Source of the DNA: Pelomyxa schiedti
Lineage: Eukaryota; Protista; Evosea
Assembly: GCA_020536535.1 (NCBI GenBank)
Contig: JAHLWZ010000856.1
Coordinates: 1-64,000 of the forward strand
DNA length: 64,000 bases
Direction: 5' to 3'
The position numbers and the translations under genes were made by a program. The notes beneath the pieces were generated by a model. It saw only the letters and a program-made list of their open reading frames with translations, did not search any database and had not been told where the DNA came from. Shown here piece after piece: positions 1 to 13,614 of the stretch. The first letter of the stretch is position 1. Each line of letters opens with the position of its first letter.

Positions 1-783
1 TATATTTCAATTGAATAGTTCGTGTATCAATTAGCACTTCCGTTATAGATGAGCCTGAACAAAACACGTCCTTTGGGGAAAGAGATTAGATCTTCTTTGG
101 GTAATGTAAACACTACATACTATCAGAGTATCGATATTGGATTATCGAAAGGAGTTTGAAAGCTGGCCACAAAATCTGTATCGTGAGACCTCCCCAAACA
201 GAAAAACATTTGCTGCATAGATAGTCTGTCCAAAAAGATTTGTTAACCTACTTTATCAGGATTAATCTCCATATGGAGCTTTACATATTGAGCAGTATCA
301 ACTCGAATTCCATCTGCTAAGGCAGAAATCCAATCAATGAGTGTCATAAACAAATGACACATAGATTCACGTCAAAGGGGGTCCAAATAATCTGCAATTC
401 ACTAACTTTGAAGGGTTATTATATGTAACCAAAAGTGCGTCCTTGATAGGCACATAGTCTTCTTGAATGAGTCACATAGGTAAGGTCACTCCTAGATGGA
501 CCATGGACCAGCACGCCACCCCACATCACCAACACATTATTCTGTTTCTGGTTGAAAGTGCCGAAGAGCCCTTGTTGTCTTGAATAACTACACTGTCTAT
601 CCCCTTCATTCGAATGAAAAGGGTTTTTGTGGAAAAGAAGGGTGCGCCGGGGGTGGGGGGTGGCAAAGAACTGGGACCTTGTTGCACTGTAGACCGGAAA
701 CAAGTCTCAGAAAAGCCCAGGTGGAGAGAACACATCTCTATCTTAGAAAGCCTGTAAGAATCAACGGACCGGAACGCTGTCAT
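1..783 (-). CDS. Hypothetical intron-containing protein, 5' part (runs off window start)
   Basis: AAAATG start at 783 followed by short ORFs separated by GT..AG segments; no recognisable motif. Confidence 0.35.
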
Positions 784-1219
784 TTTGGCTATCGTCGCTC
801 AGGATCGGCGGTCTGGTGTTTTTTTATTCCGACAGCAGCAACAGCACGGAAACGAGAGGCGAGATCCCAAAAGAGCAACGCAAAGCAAAGCATTCACCAC
901 TTGCATGTTCTGTTATTCGGGAATAAAATGAAGGAAAAGTTTTGTAAACAACCGTGTGACATCTGAAGAAGAACAAAAAGCTTTTGAATACCTTTCCCTT
1001 TCCCCACTACTTCAACCTCTTAGAGTCTTCCTTCTCTTCTTCGATTTTCGAATTTACTTACTGGCAAGAGGAGTTCAGTTCAAGGTAATCCCGATATCCT
1101 TCTAATTTATCTTGTCTAATTTTTGCACACAGGGTGAGTAGCGCTGCTCCAAAGATATCACCAAAGCAACCCTATCACATGTATGCTCTGGTAAGATTTA
1201 GTAGTCATGACGCTGCTGT

Positions 1220-2050
1220 ATGGTGGGTACACAAAGATGTGACGATAATGGTGGAGGGGTGGATATCTTGGGTGCAACCACAAAGTCAACTCCAAACGTA
1301 CTGAAGAAACTTGAGAGGTTGCGAGTGGAAAGGAGGAGGAGTAGTTGGGAGAACAGACTAAGGGAGGACAGTGGAAGGGAGAGGAGGTGGGACAGGTGGG
1401 AAGACAGGGAGAATGACACAAGGGAGATAGATTTGACGGATCTGGATGTTGTCATGGGTGGCGGAAAACAACCCACTGCAACTATTGGCATTCCTGTGGC
1501 CACATATACCGCCTCTTCGACGGGTTCCTCCGCTTCCGCTGCTTCTGATTCGATCTTCTCGGACACAGTAGCGGGTTATTATTACTTTCCGGCATCTGAA
1601 TCATCAAAGCACATGGATGGCGATAAAACGAAGTCTGACGCTGCCGCTGAAGCCCCGCCAACGCCATTCCCATCCGCCTCCGAATATACAACAGCACCAA
1701 CAAGTTCATCACATTGTGGATCAGTAGTATAAGATGCTGCTCCCGCCGCAGACAATGTTGTCTCACTCGATTTGGACCAGATGGCATACAAATCTGCCTC
1801 TTCTGTTGATTCAACCCCTTCTGAGGGACCAGAGTCTGACGCCGCCGCCTCTGGCGGCAGTGGTGGTGGCTCCTCATGTGCTGCACGAGTATCCACAGCA
1901 ACAGATGAACCAACACCTGAACTGGTCCGCGAACCCGTTGGCAACACCGCGAAGGTTCTGTTCGAGGGACTTGGAGACATCATGGACCAGAAGAAGCGAT
2001 CTCATAATCAGGTGTGGCATGGGAATCGAAGACGGGTTTCGTGCCCATAG
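1220..2050 (+). CDS. Hypothetical low-complexity protein; frame interrupted by one TAA at 1730-1732
   Basis: ORFs 1220-1732 and 1772-2050 share a frame; charged and Ser-rich; CA-rich 3' region resembles other 3' ends in the window. Confidence 0.35.
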
Positions 2051-2409
2051 CAGCAACAACCACGACGATGCCGGCGATGACACAACACCACACGGCTTTG
2101 GGGACTGAAGGGCTGCCATTTTGACACAAAACAAGCCAAACAAAAAGAGTCTTTGTTTTTCCAAAGATGTTGTTTGATTTTTACTCCCATGTTTTTCATT
2201 CCTCTATGAAAGCAAGTGGCAAATTTTATAGCTCCTGAGGTAATAATGGTCCCGGCAGGTGTGAGATGATACATTCGATTCCAACAAATGCTTCTTCTCC
2301 TTACTTTGCCCTTCGGTGTTGAGTGGTGATACAGACTTAATGGGGCGCTTGTTTAAAATGCTCGTTGTGCAACCAATCTCCTATGCAAAGGGAAAAAAAA
2401 AAAAGGAAG

Positions 2410-3227
2410 ATGGACAAGACAGCGGTTGTGAGCGGAGGCCGGAAAAAAGTGCACCAAGAGCTTCCCGACGGGTTGATGTGCATTCTTGCTCGTTCTTAGA
2501 CATCGCACTCGACTGACGACCCACGGTTCACTCCCCACAATGCAGCAGCGAGATGGTGTGCGAGTACGACCTCGTCACAGACCAGCTTCTGGCACGCAGG
2601 GTACGCAAGGCCGATATACTGGGCTCGTGGGGCGAATGGGTGTACGAGGTAGTATTGCCCACTTCCCCCCCCAGTGAAAGTGAAATTAAAATTTAAACAT
2701 TATTTACATTGTTTTAAATGGTTTTATTTCATATATATATATTCCTTTTCGTCCCTGTTCTGTTTACTCTTGTTGGCATTACTTTGCGTTGCTCATTTAT
2801 GGAGGTAGGGGAGCCCCCTGCTCGGCGCAGCGAATCCTCCTGTTCTACACTGGACATGGTGGCCTCCTCGTCATCCCCAACATTGGTACGTGTTGACTCA
2901 CCCACTGAATTCTGCTGGCGCATCCGCAACCTGCCATATCCAGCCACTGTCTATGACGTCTCTGTCTCTGCTGCCCACCAGCCCCACGAAATCATTGTGC
3001 GCACATCCAATCACAAGTTCTACAAGCGAATTGCAGTACCAGACCTGCGCCGCTGCGATGTGGATGAAATTGATTCCAGGAGTTTATCCTGGAGCCACGC
3101 AAACAACACGCTGGTCATCACTTACACAAAGCCCATTCAAGTCACTCTTACTGAAAGGAGGGATGCCGTGGAGAGACGCACCATGAAAGTGGAGAATGAG
3201 GGTGATGTGGACTGCAAAAATCAGTAG
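2410..3227 (+). CDS. DPCD: DPCD family protein
   Basis: MDKTAVVSGGRKKVH; WRIRNLPYPATVYDVSV; IIVRTSNHKFYKRIAVPDL; HANNTLVITYTKP; ends DCKNQ, as in DPCD. Confidence 0.9.
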
Positions 3228-3398
3228 CTGTACTCACTGAGGAATCCAGACCGTGTATTGCATACCTGAATAAAAGCTCAGCTTATCCCGCACTATGTTC
3301 TATCGTAAAACAAAAACTCAAATAAAATGTGTGGTTGTTTTTTTTTTGCAAAAGAAGTCTGTTCTTTTGAGTCTTTGTGAAAGCCGGTTTATTTACAC

Positions 3399-5911
3399 TC
3401 AATACTGCAGTGGTACTGTTTGTGCACCAATGGGGTTCAAGCCGTTTATTGTTACAGATATGGATGGTGCTGAAGATTTGGTGCTACTGCTACTGGTACT
3501 GGTACTAGTACTTGTTGGTGGGAGCTCTTCCGGGAGGTGGCATATGAGTAGCGAATCACACACATAGTCATATTGGCACACCGTCCCATCAAATGTTACA
3601 ATGCAGTCACGTGTGAACTGCCACCCAACAACGGAGAAATGATCTTGCAAATCTGGCAATGTTTTGGCCTTGAAAATCAGGTGACCTGGAAAAGGTGTTT
3701 AAGAAAGAATCGGCACCACAGCCTTACCTCCAGAGCGATCCGCCACTTTGGCTCGATTTTCTTTGACTTTATTAAGAAGATCAACCACTTCAGCTTCATC
3801 TTTTGCTGTAATACTAGTCAGCATAAAAGAAATCCGAGCCTCACACACAATCGTCAAACTGAACCAAAAGTTGCTGGAGACTTGGGGGGATTGCCTCCTT
3901 GATGCGGGGAATAACTGCTGCCGATAATGTTCCTTGCGAAATGTGAAACTACAATAAAAAAAAAAAACCCACATACCTTTGATGGAAAGCCAGAGGAGTT
4001 GATTGCCAAGTTTTACACGGCTCGTAAATTTGGATAGATCATTGTCTTTGTTATCTATTTCATTGGATGAGGGGTAACCCCCTTGGAAAAATAAATCAAC
4101 ATGAAACGTCCAAGTACTGAAGAGATGGGGCTTGTAAAATGTTAAGAATGCCAGTGCGATCGAGTTTCGTTGCTGAAATGTGTCATATTGAAGAACAGAG
4201 TGCAGAATCTTACAGTGAAGATTTAGCCGCCTTAAGGTCTCATTCGATTGCACTAATCTGGAAAAAGGTTCCGCTCCCGATGGTCCAATGTTGTTTCCTC
4301 AGCAAGTGTCAGAGCTCAGAAATAAATTAGAAAAAGGTACTTTGGTAACACAAGTTAACTACTGACGTATTGCCACTGAGAGCTTTACATAAAACATGAG
4401 CACACTCTACCTCGCTAGTAGAGACTGTTGCTGTTGGCTGGGTTGTGCCACCACTAGTATCCAAATTTCCTCCACCAAACACTCCCCCAATTATTACCTC
4501 ACTGAGATGAGTGTTGGTCTGAAATACTTTCTTTAGACCATTGACGCCTTTGATACCAACGTTATTTCCTAGGCGTCAGTTAAACAAAATGCCAAAAGCA
4601 CAATGCAGCTACCAGACAAGACAAGGCGGACAAGGGAGCGGCTTGAATTCCGCTTATCGCCCCGTAAACGTTTGCATATTGCACGAATACCAGCTTCTTC
4701 AATTCCACAATCTGTTAGTTGGTTAGTTTGCCAGTGTATTGGAATAAGAGTCGCTCACGCTCTAATTCTAAAGAAGTCAAGGAACTTCCTGCACCTAATA
4801 GGGAGACAATGTGTTCTGCCCCTGCATTTTCAATAGGGTTCCCTATTACGGAACACTTATTTTCTCATTCATAATAGTAAGAAGTTACAAGATAAATCCA
4901 ACGAAAGTATAGGGGCAGCATCATGCTCCCTTGCCTTCAGAGCATCCACAATATGCCGGGCGCCTTCAGCGGTAAGTTTATTGCCTTTTGGAAAGTAAAT
5001 TAACGAAAGAAAGCAGGGTCAGCACACTTCTCACAATTAAGCTGGTGAGTGATGTGTTCCCAGAAAGAGATTCCAGCCCCATCAATAGGGTTGATGAGAC
5101 ATCTTCTGTAGGTGTTACTATAGCTGTACTGGTGTTAGGAAGGAATAAAAGGTACTGTTTAAAAAAAACAATAGATACCAGAGATATCAAGAGTTCGCAA
5201 AGAGCAAGTCATAAAGAGTTTTGATAATATTTTTTCAGAGCATACACTAGTGTTCCCTCTGAGATCGAGATGACGAAGCGAGGTATTTTGGGCCAAAACA
5301 CTGCAAAGATGTTTCACACTTGGTTCACTAAGCCTGTTACCTATTGTGTGTTATGTTTACAAGAGAACAGTACGTGAAATTACTTCTCAAGGAAAGGAAT
5401 TCGATTGTGCTATTGCACGCTAACGCGTTCATCAGTAATACTCCACCAGCATCTCCATAGTCACGGTTCTCTTAGGGAAAAGAAAGAAGGGAAAAAAAAA
5501 AAAAAAAGTTCAAGGGAAAGACCGTCAGTTGTATATTAATGACGCCAAAAAAAAAAAAAAAAAACAAGTTAGCCCCCAAAAAACAGCAAACACACGCGGC
5601 ACACTCAATAACTCACCCTTCAAGTCCAAATTTACAGCCTTGCATCTGACCACATTTGCCATCGCGGCAGCCACCTTTGCCGCCCTCAGAAAGTCCAGCC
5701 CAACGAGAGTCACGCTGCGGTCGGTGAACAGCGCGCCCTCGAAGTTGGGGGCGCCGCTGGGGTCGGACGCCGCGCCGCCGGGCGTGAAGGCCAGGGCGCC
5801 CCCGAGCCCCAGGATGCACAGGCCCGCGGCCCCCGCCACGAACGTGGAGGGGGGCTGCACCCCCATGGAGTACAGCGAGCTCGTTTGTGCTGAGAACAGG
5901 AACTTGGACAT
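3399..5911 (-). CDS. RNI-like leucine-rich repeat protein with C-terminal IPT/TIG-like domain
   Basis: Exons encode NTSLRHLDLRGN, GNTSLTSLIV, LTAEGARHIVDALK, SNETLRRLNL; last exon VVGWQFTRDCIVTFDGTVCQYDYVCDSLLICHLP is IPT-like. Confidence 0.65.
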
Positions 5912-6194
5912 GACCACAACACTTCCGCACAAGGCGTGTGTCTGTTTGTGCTGTGTTTGGTGTTTCGGAAGTTGATGTGCCTGGATGATGGCGCGGGCTG
6001 CGGCGGATGTATCCTGAGGGAGGGAGTTTAGAATGAGAAAAGTGTCGCAGTGTGGCGGGGGGAAGTCTGGTTCCTGTGGGAACAACAAGGAAAGAGTCTC
6101 CAGCGGAATTTCGCCTAAGATGGACGGAGTTCCCTTCGCTGAATGGGCGATGGAGTTCAAACGAGATCTCTTACTCAGTTTCGGCTGAAAAAGT

Positions 6195-9013
6195 ATGGCG
6201 GATCTGGGACCCACGAACGAGAACAACGACCGTGGGGGCATACAACCAAGCACCGAAACTAACAACAACTCGTGCAGCTGTGATGACCCCAGATCTCCAA
6301 GCAAGTCTCCGCGTGAAACAAAGCCTCAGTCTCAGTCTCATTCACTCTTGCCGTTTGGCAGGAAGAAGACCACACCTTCGAAAGAAGACGCCATCAATAC
6401 CGACACGAATCCATGCCGACCAAAAAAAACCTTCACTGCGCACCGCTTTTCGACAGTTCCGAAATCTGCCAGATCTCCGTCGCCGCAGCTACAGCAGTGC
6501 AACGTGTCTCCGTTGTTACTGAGATCCAACACAGATACCGCGATTCAGATCTCACAGCCGATCTCGGAACCCATGAGTTTGTCAAGCTCACTGCCTGTGC
6601 CAACAGAATTGGGCCCGGCCTCGAACATTCCGGCAAGGCCTGCAAAAGTGTGCATTATCGAGGGCTATTTGAGCAAACAAGGAGCTCGGCGGAAAACTTG
6701 GAAGCGGAGGTGGTTTCAGGCATTTTCCGATAACCTGCTATGCAGGTTGTCCTATGCTCGTTCCGAGGTTAACTGCATCGCTTGTGTAGCAACTGTGAAC
6801 TTTCCCTCATCTTTGATGTAGGGGGAAGAACCCATCCGCGTTATAACGCTCTCTCCTGGTTGCCGTGTTTATATGGGATTTTGTGGCAAAAATGCGGAAC
6901 AACTATCTCTGAAGCACCCTGTACTCTTTAGTATAGAGACGACTTCTCGTGTTTTCTGCCTGGAAGGTAAAGTGTTCATAGTATTCCTTGATTTACCAAC
7001 AAAAACCCCAGCTGCAGTCTCCGAGGAAGCTAGAAGATGGGTGGATTCAATAAATTCACAATTGGTTTTGATTTACAAAGATTTCAAACCCTTTGAACCA
7101 AAACAGAAAAATTCAAGTTCACTCTCTTTGTAGTTGTCATGTTCCTAATATATCCTGTGACAGCACACCAACCTATGCAACGGACACGAGCAGCAACTAT
7201 CGCAGTATCATCACCAGAGGTACTGACCCTGAGATCTGATCCTCAAACATCAGATACTTTCGTTAGTTTCACCTCACCTGTAGTTTCTCCGACATCACCA
7301 GCGCAACTTGTAAATACAAATCAACAATCGCCACCTACAGAGCCTTCCTCACTTATTCCATCCTTGTCAGTCACACCCCCAGAAGCAACATCACCCCAGT
7401 CCTGCCCATCTACCCCTCTCCTTTTGGCCCCAAATTCCTTTAGCCCATGTCTGCCTGCACTTTCCCCAGTAATAGAGGATACTCCTCGCACCCTTCCTCC
7501 CGTTGCACCACAACCACCATTTCCGTGCAGCATCACATCAACTGGGGTACAGCCACTTTTTTCCTATTGAAATTTACTTAGCCTAGGTTTTAGAAAATAC
7601 ATTGAGTAATGAGGAGGAAACACGCATAACAAATAGAATTGCTGCGAAATTTCCAGATTTTTCACCCAAAGAAACAGAACTCTACAATGCCTTGAACAAA
7701 GTCGGTGCAGCCACAACAATGTATTACACCTACGAACCTCTAACATGATTAAAGCTTGGAGATCCATTTATGCTTCGCGTTGTACCTGGTTCTTTGAGCC
7801 ATTCTATTGTTTGTGCACTCGGCCAGTAAGACGCTACTTCAATAAAATGAGGTTAATACTTTTATAGATGTAACCTTCAGTGGGGCTTGGCCCTTGGTGA
7901 ACATTGTGTCCTCTTAGCACCACACATGACAGTACCTCAATCAACACTGTTAACAACACCAACAAATTTATCTGAAATACGAGTTTATTTCTCAGAGAGA
8001 TCAGGACAAGGACCAGAATCACTTTCACATTTTTCCTATGTTCACACGGCATTCAGCGAGTCAATTTCACGGTTAATGTTTGGTATGACTATACCTGATA
8101 CCTCTATTGAAGTATTTATTTCTATTTTTTTAGCACAACATTATTTCTGGCTGGCAAAAATGCCCATGGACAGTGTATTGGAAGCTTTACACAGATTTCT
8201 ACAACCTTGGGCATCCCTTTTGGTTCACTTCACCAATAAAAAAAAAACCCCTCATCAGTAATAGACAAATGTTGCCCTATACCTTGAGCACACTCAAAAT
8301 ACAGATTCAGAAACCTGCAACCAAACTCGTCGTTGCAGTCACCACCTGACTCAGTTAGCATTTCAAAAAACGCAGATAGATGTATGGTTACATGAGCTGT
8401 GTGAAATGCAATGCAACTGGTTTGGCTTTCTTTATATCCGAGTATTTTTCCTTCATTTTCTTTCTTCTCTCAGTCTTTTGTTAAGGAACCAACTCCAGAT
8501 GAAAACTTCGCTCGAACAGAAGGAAAAGAGGTTCAGGGCAACCAAAACACTCTTGCAGGAAATCTGCCCTCAGCCTGCATTTTTACTGCACTCACACCTT
8601 CATCTATTATATTTTATAATACACAACAAATCGGGAACAGTTTATACGAAAACCTACCCCCTATGTATGTACTCGGTGCTCTTACAATTCTTGACATTAA
8701 ACCAATAGACTGTCGACTATACCACTAACCTGGATAAGGAAATTAGACATTGTAACCCAACACAACTCATTCATGAAACTCACGTGTGTATACATCCCTC
8801 TTTGCACCACTGCGCTCACTGTCATGTTACAGCAACTTTATAACAGCTCCATCTCCGGAAGCTCCCTTAATTACTCATATTCTTTATGCCTCAGGCTCGC
8901 AAGAAACGGTATTCTTCCACTTGTACCAATTGCCGCTCATCAACCACAAGGAACTTTGGCTAAGTGCTATTACCAATGCTTTTCAAGCACTAATGGTTTC
9001 ACAAAACCTGTAA
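6195..9013 (+). CDS. PH domain-containing protein
   Basis: IIEGYLSKQGARRKTWKRRWF; FSIETTSRVFCL; EEARRWVDSIN (PH); Ser/Pro-rich linkers; C-terminal part unassigned. Confidence 0.75.
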
Positions 9014-9087
9014 CACTACCACTACTGACAACAAACACTACTACAACAATTTTGGCCATGTTATGGTGTTATTTTTTTTCTCTCTCT

Positions 9088-10965
9088 CTACGAAGCATTG
9101 AGGGTGGTTAGTAGTTGTGTGACTTGTGATTGTACTGGTGAGTCTGGCGGGCAATCAAAAAGGTGAGCCTGAAGTTCTGCATTTTCTGCAAGACTGCCAG
9201 CAATAGGCGGGTGGCTCTTGGTTATTTGGCACAGAGACATTACTAGCCTTTCACCTACAGAGTTTTGGGAGAAATTTGTTGCGTCACCAAGGAAATGGCA
9301 TTGGGAAACATACTGGAAGCATCCAAAGCGGCAGTGGCCAGGCTTTCCGCGACTGCAGTTGCACAACGCCTCGCAGCTGCAGTTGCTTTAGCGTCCTTAC
9401 CGTCAAGACTAATACTATAATTATATACAAGACTGGAGGCGGCCTAAACGCATTGGTACGAGGGAAAGTGATATGCCAAAAAATAAACCTGTTTGACACC
9501 AGTGTCAGTTGACCCAAGCAAAGGCAGTATAAGGTTGAGAACTCGGTCAAGCCGTTCAGGAACTAGCATGTAAAACTCTCCTTCCCGAGTAGCAAAGATG
9601 TTAGAAGTCAGTTCTAAGCCCATAATTTTAATTTTCCTATCCATGTGGGAGACTGTCTTCTCGATCAATGCCTTCAGAGGGTCACCTATTCCAATCAGGA
9701 TCAAACTATTACAATCGCTCAGGGAAAAGCAAACCCTCATGTGAGGTGTAGTAATGTGCAACTGGGGGTACAACAATCAGCATGCGAAAAATAAATAGCA
9801 CGTAAAATAAATCTTCAGCCGGCCATGAAATCATTTTGTCTGAGGTAGTGTCAGTCAGAGTGCATTATGAGGAATTCTTGTGTTTTGGTGCATTGATGTG
9901 TGGCGTAGAGTACAGGGAAAAAACCAAAGAGAGCATAAACTGACTGGTGAGGGGGTTGCGTCATTCGAATTGGGGATGAGGTTGGGGGAAAAAAATTGTT
10001 GAGGTGGACAAATGCATCCTTATCTTCAGCAGAAAGTTGCGAATTCTTAAGTGCTCTGACAATTGTTGTCAAGTGAGAATGAAAAAGAGGACTGAGGCTA
10101 GTGTAACCTACTTAATCATTATGGTGGCCGGTTCAACTGCACCTTTAACAGAAAGAAGTGGATTTTTGTCAGAATGCTGCTGAGCACTTGCTGTGGACAT
10201 TGATGCAGCTGCCGCTGGAGCTGGAGGGACGAAAAGTGGGGACGGGGGCATGCTTTGAGGAAACTGTCAGAAGAAAAGAAGATTGGAAGAGACTACAAGC
10301 CAGTATTGCTCGCAGCAAGTTGTTTTTTCATGTCGGCCTCCATCTTTAATATGAATGGCTTGAAGGCTCTACCAGCATCAGTATTCATTATCTCATCAGC
10401 TTGTGTCATAATCTCTGTTTGCAAATCACTTAGGCCAAAAATGGGTCTTGCTTGCAAAACCAGGAGGATTGGAGTTGCCAGTTAAAAACAAGTTGAGCTC
10501 GTTTGTGAAGTTGTTACAATTGTTGCTCAACAAACTGTAGGTTTGTGGCGTGTATTGTGGCCGTAAACCATTGACATAATCATCGACAAGTTCCTTTGGA
10601 ACAAAAGTGGAACCAAGCCTATACGAAATTAAAGCTCACATGATGAATAATCAACCCACTTGTAGCTTTTCGTCGGAGCGCCAAAAGGAGTGCGGCCCTT
10701 AAAAGAATTGAGGTAAGGAAAGCGGAAAAAGAACATACTGGCCGCATCACGCCAATTTCTCCTCCCCAAAAATACTCGTATCCATGAACAACCAAGCCTG
10801 TGTGCCTGGATGTTGCATTACATTTTGTGCAATTTTTTTTTTGGGAACCCACCATATGCCTTCTATATGCTTGCCAACGATGGAGTCAGACAACCGAGCA
10901 GCCCATCCGCCAGAAATGTCGTAGCAGTTTAACGACACCGGTGCGCTTTCCTCATCATCACCCAT
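9088..10965 (-). CDS. Desumoylating isopeptidase (PPPDE/DeSI-1 family) with helical C-terminal (PUL-like) region
   Basis: CYDISGGWAARLS..GIW/HTGLVVHGYEYFWGG (catalytic His); YSLLSNNCNNF (catalytic Cys). Confidence 0.88.
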
Positions 10966-11200
10966 TTTTTTTTGTTTTTGTAGGTGTAGACTCAAATTGG
11001 TGAGGGACCGAAAGGACAACTCACAATTACCTGTAAGCAAACAGGTGAGTTCTGCCAAGACAAGATTGCAAAGGGGATCCCCCAAGTTGGTTCGGGAGTT
11101 TCCGCCTTTGAATAGTCTCGTTCTTCGGAAAAAAAGACGAAACCTTTAAAAGAGAGAGAACGAAACGACAACCAACAACAAAGAAAAAAAAAAAAGCAAC

Positions 11201-13565
11201 ATGTTTCGTAAGATCTTTACGGTTACCAACCGAACGGGGCACGAGACCGAACTCTCCCTGGCCCCCAGTAAGCTCAACGAGCCATCTGCCTCCCTCCTCG
11301 TCTCACGTTGCACCGACTGCACCGTGCACCTCCCCTCACAGCCTCCTCAGTCTCCCACACCCACGCCGGCCACCACTACCACAACGCCGCCGTCGTCGTC
11401 ATCACCGCCACCATCAACACCAACAGCAACAGCAACCACTGCCACAACCATCCCACAAGTCCAATCCACCGATGGTGGTGCAGTCTCGCCTCCGACGCCT
11501 ACACCTCCGCCTACGCAGCCACCAACAAAGGCGGTTGATGCTAGATTCCCTACGAGTGTTACTCCTGGTCCAAAGGCGGCAAAATTGATGTGCGCCAGCC
11601 CCATTTTGTGCTACCCCCTTGTGGGATTTTTTTTTTTTTTTTTAATTTGCTATTCTTCCAGTGTAGAAAATTGTAAGAATACGACAGTTATAATTGATGT
11701 TCAGCTACTCTCGGGAACTGCAGGTTTTAATCCCTTTCTTGTACTTGCACAACTTGTTTTCCTACCCACTTTCTTCCCCTCCAGACCTTATTTCTCTAAG
11801 TGGCTGTACTGTGGAGTTCCGCAGAGTAGTACCAACACTTCAGATTGATGGTTGCACCAACCTTTCTGTCAAACTAGCGGGACCGTGGTTTACAGCTCCG
11901 GGAGTTGCTTTGATTTCGTATTTCTCTAACATTGTTTTTATTAAGTCTAATATTTTTCAAAAGAGCCAAGAATACTAATCTCCGGTTACTCCTGGGCGAG
12001 ATAGAATATGCTGTACCTGACCATGATGTCCAGCAGATAACGTAAGTTGGTGTCAAGTAAGATTTTCTCATTGTGTCACAGTAAACTTGATTGCGGTCGT
12101 CTTGTCACTTGTCCAGCAGTTTGGGATGGAGCTGGGTACCCAACCACGCAAAAAGAAAAGGAATTCCAGGTACTGATTCTATTTCTTCCGTGTAAGTAAA
12201 ACATTTCCAGGATGCAAAAATGGAGAGACTTGAACAACTCATGGAAGAGCGACTACGAGGACTGACTACAATTAGTGCAAAGCCCAAACCAGCTACCACA
12301 ACTCCTCCTGCCACAACAGAAACAAAGCCAATAGAAGAAACTCCAAAACCAACAGATGAATCACCAAAGCCCACCCCGGCAACTCAGCCTGCTGAATCAA
12401 TCCCCCCACCTTCTGTATGCGTAGCCTTAACGCCATAGTCGTGACAAATTTGCAGGGATTATTCAGTGCTATATCTAAATTCGACGCAGCGAAGCTCAAA
12501 CCTACCACTACTCACGTTACCCATGAAAATGTTGTATTTAATGAGACAAGAACACCTACTGGTTATGGACACGCAGATGGTGATGACATTACTGTACCTT
12601 TCAATTTTTAAATATCGCAACTACCTTCTGACTTCAGATGCAGGAATACTTCGATGAGCCAGCTGTGCTTGACAAAAAAATACAACAACTTGCTGAACTT
12701 GTGAAAAACTCTCACTACATGGTAATCTACACCGGTGCCGGTATAAGTACTTCAGCCAAGATACCGGTATGGACTAGTTCACTTTCATACGGACCACTGA
12801 TAAATGATAGGATTATCGAGGCCCTGAGGGTGTATGGACCAAGCGAGACAAAGGGGAGACTGTAACAATGAAAATCACTTTGGAAGAGGCAATGCCCACC
12901 CGTGGACACATGGCCATTGCAAAACTTGTTGAACTGGGAACCTGCAAATTTGTTGTCAGTACAAATGTTGATGGTCTCCACCGAAGATCGGGTGTACCAA
13001 AGGCTAACATTGCTGAAGTGAGGAGATATTCCCGAGGATTATTCTAATAACCGAATAGGTTCATGGAAACTGTTATCTTGAGCGCTGCAACCAGTGTGAG
13101 GCAGAGTACATGAGGACCTTTGATGTAATGAGGGATGCCCCGCCTGATGGCACCCGTCATCAAACTTCTAGACTGTGCACCAAGTGCTCTATTCCTCTCC
13201 AAGACAGCATAGTTCATTTTGGGGAAGCACTTCCTGAGGTAACAGTTTCACTTGTCCCTGCGTACTGAGATTGATTTGATTTGTACATGTAGACGGAACT
13301 GGCTAATGCACAGACTCACAGTAAGGCTGCCGATTTGGCCCTAGTTTTAGGAACAAGTAAGGATTCTCAACAACAGCTTTCTTCTAATGGTCTTGATGCA
13401 GGCATGATGGTTCAACCTGCTTGCTTGTTCCCACTAATGGCACGGCGGATGGTGATTTGCAATTTACAAAAGACTAGATATGATTCCAGAGCCCAGGTCG
13501 TTCTACATGCAAGGACTGACATAATTCTGGAAAAACTACTGGTTGCACTGGGCATAGAATTTTAA
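11201..13565 (+). CDS. SIRT6/7-like sirtuin fused to N-terminal C-CAP/cofactor-C-like domain and WH2/thymosin-like motif
   Basis: [44 protein letters not shown], two CxxC, VHFGEALP; N-terminal VENCKNTTVII and PTLQIDGCTNLSV beta-helix pattern. Confidence 0.88.
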
Positions 13566-13614
13566 GATGTAAACGCTTCAGTAAACAAAAGTATTAGTTT
13601 TCCCGTTGGTTGTT

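Noticed and set aside
3630-3700. Apparent C1 motif KHLFQVT*FSRPKHCQICK with an in-frame TGA (possible recoding)
   Set aside because: A different frame after an AG acceptor gives an open IPT-like last exon, and the remaining C1 ligands are absent
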